Shown: one piece after another, positions 59,378-64,000 of the stretch
Layout of the letters: each line of letters opens with the position of its first letter
How positions within the stretch are numbered: position 1 is the first letter of the stretch
Source: Candidatus Epulonipiscium sp.
GTDB taxonomy: Bacteria; Bacillota; Clostridia; Lachnospirales; Defluviitaleaceae
Direction of reading: 5' to 3'
Assembly (NCBI GenBank): GCA_012521395.1
Contig: JAAYML010000002.1
Location: 498 to 64,497 of the forward strand
Length of the DNA stretch: 64,000 bases
Notes under the pieces: model-generated
The model's database searches: none
Told to the model about the DNA's origin: nothing
Seen by the model: only the letters and a program-made list of their open reading frames with translations
Translations under genes and position numbers: made by a program

Positions 59378-59518
59378 ATGGCTGGAGAAAAAATCCTGAT
59401 TGTAGATGATAAAAAAGAAATTGCTGAATTAATCCGGGATTATTTAGAAAATGAAGAGTATGAAGTTGAACTGGCTTATAATGGACAAGAAGCTTTGGAA
59501 ATCTATAAAATACTATAA
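59378..59518 (+). pseudogene. OmpR-type response regulator remnant (first 46 codons of a receiver domain, then stop)
   Basis: Own translation: MAGEKILIVDDKKEIAELIRDYLENEEYEVELAYNGQEALEIYKIL*. GGAG RBS upstream. No continuation in any frame. Too short for the ORF track. Confidence 0.7.
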
Positions 59519-59738
59519 ATATTAATTTATTTATCATTTTATTGTACCATAAAATACTAATATTTTTGCTGTTTTTATTTGTTAGTAGCTATCTTAACTT
59601 ATCACAATTATTCAAATTTATGTCCTATAAAAATTTAAGTCTATATAAAATAAATCTGTAAAAAATCATTAATACTGACAAGCACCTTATTAAAATTCAT
59701 TAATATAATAATTTTAGAACAACGAAAGGAAGGGTATT

Positions 59739-60227
59739 ATGTACAATTATTATAAATCCTATCCCTATTGGGGAAACCATCCTAATAATTATCAAAAATA
59801 TAATAATCCATATTACCACTGGCAAATAAAAGATTATGGTCCTGAAGCTTTTGTGATTAATATTGAAGAAGTAACTAAGAAAAATAATAATTTCCGTACG
59901 GCTTTATGGACAGGTAAGCATTTACAGCTTACTTTAATGCATATTAACATAGGAGAAGATATTGGTTTAGAAATGCATCCTGAACTTGATCAGTTTATCC
60001 GTATTGAAGAAGGTCAAGGGCTTGTATTAATGGGTGACAGACAAGATCAATTGAATTTCCGAAGATTTGTATCCGATGACGATATTATCATTATTCCTGC
60101 AGGCAAATGGCACAATTTAATTAATACAGGAAACAAACCAATTAAATTATATTCTATCTATGCTCCTCCCCAACACCCCTATGGTACAGTCCATAAAACA
60201 AAAGCTGAAGCAAACCTGGAACACTAA
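59739..60227 (+). CDS. cupin-domain protein with a Tyr/Asn/Pro-rich N-terminal extension
   Basis: 162 aa. Cupin motifs GEDIGLEMHPELDQFIRIEEG and IIIPAGKWHNLIN. AAGGAAGGG RBS. Confidence 0.75.
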   Translation: MYNYYKSYPYWGNHPNNYQKYNNPYYHWQIKDYGPEAFVINIEEVTKKNNNFRTALWTGKHLQLTLMHINIGEDIGLEMHPELDQFIRIEEGQGLVLMGDRQDQLNFRRFVSDDDIIIIPAGKWHNLINTGNKPIKLYSIYAPPQHPYGTVHKTKAEANLEH

Positions 60228-60230
60228 AAT

Positions 60231-60263
60231 AAAAAAAGGACGCTTTATCTTAAAAGCGTCCTT
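60231..60263. terminator. bidirectional terminator between convergent cupin and rubrerythrin genes
   Basis: AAGGACGCTTT-atctta-AAAGCGTCCTT with an A-run upstream and a T-rich tail downstream. Confidence 0.85.
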
Positions 60264-60299
60264 AAATTTATGCTTTTGTATTAAATATCTTATTAAGGA

Positions 60300-60962
60300 T
60301 TAATAATTCTCTGACCTTACTTCAAAGAAACTTTGAGCATAACTGCATACCGGACATACTTCAGGTGCTTTCTTGCCAATTACCAGATGTCCACATACCC
60401 TGCATTCCCAGATGGTTTCTTCACTTTTTTCAAAGACTTGTTTCATTTCAACATTATTTAATAATTTTCGATAACGTTCTTCATGAGCTTTTTCAATAGC
60501 TGCTACTTTTCTAAACTTTTCTGCTAACTCTGGAAAACCTTCTTCTTCTGCATCTTTTGCAAATCGATCATACATATCGGTCCATTCATAATTTTCGCCT
60601 TCAGCAGCTTTTAGAAGATTTTCTGCAGTATTTCCTAAGCCACCTAATTCTTCAAACCAAATACGGGCATGTTCTTGTTCATTTCTGGCAGTTTTTAAGA
60701 AAAGTTCAGCAATTTGATCATAACCTTCCCTTTGAGCGATTTGTGCAAAATATGTATATTTATTTCTTGCCTGACTTTCTCCTGCAAAAGCTTCCATGAG
60801 ATTTTTTTCTGTTTTTGTACCTGCATAAGGGTTTTTTCTCTTTGTTTCTTCTTCAATTTTTACAAAGAATGAAGCAGGCTTCTTACATCTTGGACATTTA
60901 AAATCTTCAGTCATCTCTCCCTCATGGATGTATCCACATACACTGCAGCGATATTTTGCCAT
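60300..60962 (-). CDS. rbr: rubrerythrin with rubredoxin-like CxxC..CxxC domains at both termini
   Basis: 220 aa. N-terminal CSVCGY...CPRCKK. Ferritin-like diiron core ([13 protein letters not shown]...EQEHA...EGENYEW...EKAHEERY). C-terminal CRVCGH...CPVCS. Confidence 0.92.
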   Translation of the reverse strand: MAKYRCSVCGYIHEGEMTEDFKCPRCKKPASFFVKIEEETKRKNPYAGTKTEKNLMEAFAGESQARNKYTYFAQIAQREGYDQIAELFLKTARNEQEHARIWFEELGGLGNTAENLLKAAEGENYEWTDMYDRFAKDAEEEGFPELAEKFRKVAAIEKAHEERYRKLLNNVEMKQVFEKSEETIWECRVCGHLVIGKKAPEVCPVCSYAQSFFEVRSENY

Positions 60963-61026
60963 AATAATTCCTCCTATTATTTTTTAATCTTAATAGATTT
61001 AAAATTTTATATTCTTATCTGTATTT

Positions 61027-61416
61027 TTAAAGGCTAGCTTTCCAAAGTCCATGTAAATTACAATATGCATAAGCAATTTCTATTTCATCATCTTCTGTTA
61101 GAGCAAATTCTACATAAGGTTCCTGACCAGGATAAAGCTCCTTTCTCTGTCCACCTTTCTTTGTTTGAATATATACCCAGGTAATATAATGTTCATCCAC
61201 CATAGGATGGGGTGCTGAACCAATTTCTAAAATGACCTTATTTCCTTCTTGCTTAATTACTGGAATATGTTTTTCCTGGGAAGCCTCCACGGTGTTTGGA
61301 ATTAACTCCTGCATTTTTTCACCACAACACACTAAAGGAACCCCCGCATTGTTAATTAAGCCAACCAAATTTCCGCAATGATTACAGAGATAAAAACTTT
61401 TTTCTTCTTTCTTCAT
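61027..61416 (-). CDS. dfx: desulfoferrodoxin (2Fe superoxide reductase)
   Basis: 129 aa. N-terminal desulforedoxin site CNHCGN...CCGE. SOR site His ligands (KHIPV, HPMVDEH) and CNLHGLW. Confidence 0.92.
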   Translation of the reverse strand: MKKEEKSFYLCNHCGNLVGLINNAGVPLVCCGEKMQELIPNTVEASQEKHIPVIKQEGNKVILEIGSAPHPMVDEHYITWVYIQTKKGGQRKELYPGQEPYVEFALTEDDEIEIAYAYCNLHGLWKASL

Positions 61417-61460
61417 TAAAAATCACTCCTTTTTATAAAAATATTTAAAGAGCTTAATTT

Positions 61461-61489
61461 ATTATAGAAAAATTATTATTTTAATTCAA
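61461..61489 (-). promoter_or_regulatory. sigma-A-type promoter for dfx (and probably rbr)
   Basis: Minus strand TTGAAT-17 nt-TATAAT, with the -10 about 45 nt upstream of the dfx ATG. Confidence 0.65.
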
Positions 61490-61505
61490 TTATTAGTTAA
61501 TAATT
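61488..61505. promoter_or_regulatory. candidate Fur-family (PerR-like) operator overlapping the dfx -35
   Basis: Perfect 8-2-8 inverted repeat AATTATTA-gt-TAATAATT. A third AATTATTA half-site lies at 61471-61478 inside the promoter spacer. Confidence 0.4.
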
Positions 61506-61612
61506 TTTCTACACTAGCAATGTTATACTTTTATACTTTTCTTTTTTCAAGAAAAGTTCAAGAAATTATTATAATTTTTATCTTAATCAGATGTAATAGA
61601 TAAATATAAGCT

Positions 61613-62947
61613 TTAACGGCTATTCTCAAATTGCAGTTTTATTGCTAAATCACTTTTCAAAAGCCATATAAAGCTTACAACTATGGTTACAAAAAATTCT
61701 GTGAAAACAAAGGAAAGCCATACCCCTGTCATCTTCCACCAACTGCTTAATAATAAAACCATAGGTACGATGATAAGACAACCTCTTAAAATAGAAATAA
61801 TAAAAGCATTCCTGGCTTGTTCTGTTGCCGTTAAATACATCGCCATACAAATATTTATACCGGCAAAGAAAAAACCCATAAAATAGATATTAAGTCCTCT
61901 TTTTGCAATCTGGCTTATTTGCGGATTTTGTTCATTATTAAAGAGATGAATAATGTTTTTACTGTTATAAAAAACGCCAAGATAAACTAACACTGCCAAA
62001 ACTATTGCAGTAACGATGGCATACTTAAGTATTTTTTTCAATAGCACTTTATCGTTTAATCCATAAGCCTGACTAATAATCGGTTGTATTCCTTGCGCAA
62101 GACCAGTAAATATAGCAAGACCTACAAGAGCAATATTTGCGACAATTCCATAAGAAGCCAGTCCAATGTTTCCCTCAAGATTTAAAATAACTAAGTTAAA
62201 AATAATAAGGACTACAGCAGATGAAATTTCATTTATAAAAGCAGACAAACCTAATGCTGAAATATCTATAAGACAGGAAATTTGAAATATATAACGAATA
62301 TAGTGAAAACCATTGTTTTTCCTTATAAAATGAATTGACAATACTCCTAAACTAATTACAGGCGCTAAACAGGTTGCAAAAGCAGCACCAAACATGCCCA
62401 TTTTAAGTGGAAACATAAAAATATAATCTAATAAAATATTCGATAAACTTCCTGTAAGCATAGCAATCATTGATAATTTTGGATTATTATCATTTCGTAC
62501 AAAAGAAATCATAATGTTATTAAGGAGAAAAAAAACTGCAAAAAAGAGTATTGTTTTTAAATAGCTTTCCGTCATGCCTAAAGTTTCATGATTAGCTCCT
62601 AAAAGACATCCCAAAGGTCTTGAAAAGAAAAAACCAATGATTGCAAAAATCATGCCAATAATGAAAGAGGATTTAAAACAAATTGTAAATACTTTGTCCG
62701 CTTCCTCATCTTCTTTTTTTGATTTTAATATGCTATATTTGCTTGCACCACCAATAGCCAGCATCAACCCAAGACCATGAATGACACTGTATACTGAAAT
62801 TGAAAGATTAAGCGCTGCAATGCCAGAAGGTCCTAATGCTCTTGAAATAAAAAATGTATCTGCCAGGATATAACACGAAATACCTATCATTCCTAAAATA
62901 CTTAAACTTATATATCTAATAAACTGTTTAAGACCAGATTCATCCAT
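61613..62947 (-). CDS. MATE family efflux transporter
   Basis: 444 aa, about 12 TM helices, internal two-fold repeat. Typical MATE segments (GPSGIAALNLSISVY, GMFGAAFAT, GLAQGIQPIISQAYG). Confidence 0.9.
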   Translation of the reverse strand: MDESGLKQFIRYISLSILGMIGISCYILADTFFISRALGPSGIAALNLSISVYSVIHGLGLMLAIGGASKYSILKSKKEDEEADKVFTICFKSSFIIGMIFAIIGFFFSRPLGCLLGANHETLGMTESYLKTILFFAVFFLLNNIMISFVRNDNNPKLSMIAMLTGSLSNILLDYIFMFPLKMGMFGAAFATCLAPVISLGVLSIHFIRKNNGFHYIRYIFQISCLIDISALGLSAFINEISSAVVLIIFNLVILNLEGNIGLASYGIVANIALVGLAIFTGLAQGIQPIISQAYGLNDKVLLKKILKYAIVTAIVLAVLVYLGVFYNSKNIIHLFNNEQNPQISQIAKRGLNIYFMGFFFAGINICMAMYLTATEQARNAFIISILRGCLIIVPMVLLLSSWWKMTGVWLSFVFTEFFVTIVVSFIWLLKSDLAIKLQFENSR

Positions 62948-63011
62948 CCTTCTCTCTCCTTATCAATTTTAAGCTTGCCAAATGAAAATTTTCAAAAACG
63001 TCCATATATGT

Positions 63012-63066
63012 AAAAAAGTGTTCAAAAACACCCCTTCTAAGGCCTAACGGACTGTTTAGAACACTT
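63012..63066 (-). terminator. terminator-like long hairpin + U6 in the 5' leader of the MATE gene 61613..62947
   Basis: Minus-strand RNA AAGUGUUC-U-AAACA...(22 nt)...UGUUU-UU-GAACACUU followed by UUUUUU, about 65 nt upstream of the ATG. Confidence 0.55.
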
Positions 63067-63121
63067 ATTAACCTTTACCCGGCGGCAAAGTAAAAATTCT
63101 AATATTCGTTTAAACAAAGCC

Positions 63122-63150
63122 ATGATAAGATATTTCGAAAAGATTGTCAA
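63122..63150 (-). promoter_or_regulatory. consensus-like sigma-A promoter for the MATE gene 61613..62947
   Basis: Minus strand TTGACA-17 nt-TATCAT in the spacer between the two MATE paralogs. It gives a ~170-nt leader. Confidence 0.65.
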
Positions 63151-63192
63151 GAAAACCTGTTAATGTGGTTTACAAAGGAAATTAACCTTAAT

Positions 63193-64000
63193 CTAAGAGT
63201 TATTCTCAAATTTCAATTTTATTATTTGCCTGCTCTTTACTCCCATAATAAAAATTGCAATGACAGTAACAAATAATTCTGCCAAAACAAAGGAAAGCCA
63301 TACCCCAGTCATTTTCCACAGGCAGCTTAATACTAAAACCATAGGTACGATGACAATACAGCCCCGTAAAACGGAAAGTAAAAAGGCCAGTCTTGCTTTT
63401 TCAGTAGCTGTTAAAAACATTGTCAAAGTAATATTGATACCAGCAAAAAAATAACCTATAAAGTATATCTTAAGGCCAGCTTTTCCAATGATGGCTATTT
63501 TTATATTTTCTTCTTCATTAAAAGCACGAATAATGCTTTCGGCATTAAAATTTAAAGCAAAATATATTAAAAGTGCCAAACCTAAGGAAGTTAACAAAGC
63601 ATATTTCAGGGTTTTTTTCAATACAAAATCATCATTTAAGCCATGGCTTTTACTAATAATGGGCTGTATACCTTCTGCAAGGCCATTAAATACAGCAAAA
63701 ACAACAAGATCTATATTGGCAATGATTGCATAAGAAGCAAGCCCATAATTACCCTCGAGATTTAAAATGACTAAGTTAAAAGTGATAATAACAATAGCAG
63801 CTGATATTTCATTAACAAAAGCAGACAGACCTAAAGTGGATATATCTTTAAGATAAGACCAGTTAAATTTAAATGGAATATATTTAAAATGATTCTTTGC
63901 TCTTATAAAATAACTTGCTAATACAACTAAACTTATTATGGGCGCTAAACCCGTTGCAAAAGCAGCGCCGAACATACCCATATCAAAATAAAAGATAAAA
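63193..64000 (-). CDS. MATE family efflux transporter, paralog (C-terminal ~268 codons; gene continues beyond window end)
   Basis: The ORF is open to the window edge: the frame upstream of the track's Met reads FIFYFDMGMFGAAFAT and aligns to YIFMFPLKMGMFGAAFAT of the neighbouring gene. It is colinear and similar to 61613..62947 over its whole visible length. Confidence 0.88.
   Translation of the reverse strand, partial: FIFYFDMGMFGAAFATGLAPIISLVVLASYFIRAKNHFKYIPFKFNWSYLKDISTLGLSAFVNEISAAIVIITFNLVILNLEGNYGLASYAIIANIDLVVFAVFNGLAEGIQPIISKSHGLNDDFVLKKTLKYALLTSLGLALLIYFALNFNAESIIRAFNEEENIKIAIIGKAGLKIYFIGYFFAGINITLTMFLTATEKARLAFLLSVLRGCIVIVPMVLVLSCLWKMTGVWLSFVLAELFVTVIAIFIMGVKSRQIIKLKFENNS

Noticed and set aside
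61541-61561. The hairpin CTTTTCTT-ttttc-AAGAAAAG downstream of the MATE gene, considered as its terminator.
   Set aside because: On the transcribed (minus) strand it is not followed by a U-tract. The stem is pure A/U-rich with low stability.
62945-63010. A 21-codon uORF (MDVFENFHLASLKLIRREKDG*) in the MATE leader, ending over the MATE start codon. It could be a ribosome-stalling leader peptide.
   Set aside because: No Shine-Dalgarno sequence precedes its ATG, which lies immediately after the terminator U-tract. It is kept only as a note within the leader finding.
1-64000. CRISPR arrays, tRNA/rRNA genes, transposases, integrases, prophage genes and known defence systems (RM, TA, Abi, CBASS and similar).
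   Set aside because: No direct-repeat/spacer periodicity was seen. There is no tRNA-like GC-rich cloverleaf island in the AT-rich spacers. No ORF has recombinase, nuclease-helicase or methyltransferase signatures. Every ORF above 100 aa is accounted for by housekeeping, flagellar or small accessory functions.

Overview
Very AT-rich Firmicutes/Clostridia-like chromosomal window. It is almost entirely core genes, and almost all lie on the minus strand up to ~53 kb.

Layout, reading the minus strand from high to low coordinates:
- dprA-topA-codY.
- An uninterrupted ~34-kb flagellar/chemotaxis (fla/che) super-operon: flgBC-fliEFGHIJ-ylxF-fliK-flgD-flgE-flbD-motAB-fliLMY-cheY-fliOPQR-flhBAFG-PilZ-cheBAWCD-sigD.
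- Four poorly characterised genes downstream of sigD.
- The block rpsB-tsf-pyrH-frr-uppS-cdsA-dxr-rseP-ispG-polC.

This matches the Bacillus subtilis codY -> fla/che -> rpsB -> polC synteny, with extra insertions.

The right-hand ~16 kb is more accessory. It holds comM/yifB, a translationally coupled GNAT + MBL-hydrolase pair, a decayed ECF sigma/anti-sigma pair, a GT8 glycosyltransferase and a TM1266-like regulator + hydG. It also holds a LysM wall protein, a CcdA-thioredoxin fusion with an HxlR regulator, a patch of gene fragments, an oxidative-stress cluster (cupin, rubrerythrin, desulfoferrodoxin) and two tandem MATE efflux paralogs.

I saw no rRNA, tRNA, CRISPR array, transposase, integrase or recognisable defence system, and I cannot honestly claim a clear novel system.

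The most novel-looking items are:
- the uncharacterised four-gene tail of the fla/che operon after sigD;
- strong intra-operon RNA hairpins after flgE and between cheW and cheC;
- an FlgD with three tandem C-terminal repeats;
- two promoter + terminator leaders of unknown class, upstream of the hydrogenase-maturation pair and of a MATE gene;
- a Fur/PerR-like operator on the desulfoferrodoxin promoter;
- an ECF sigma/anti-sigma module caught in decay, including an 8-nt tandem-repeat frameshift.

All family calls come from motif recognition and synteny by eye. No database search was run.
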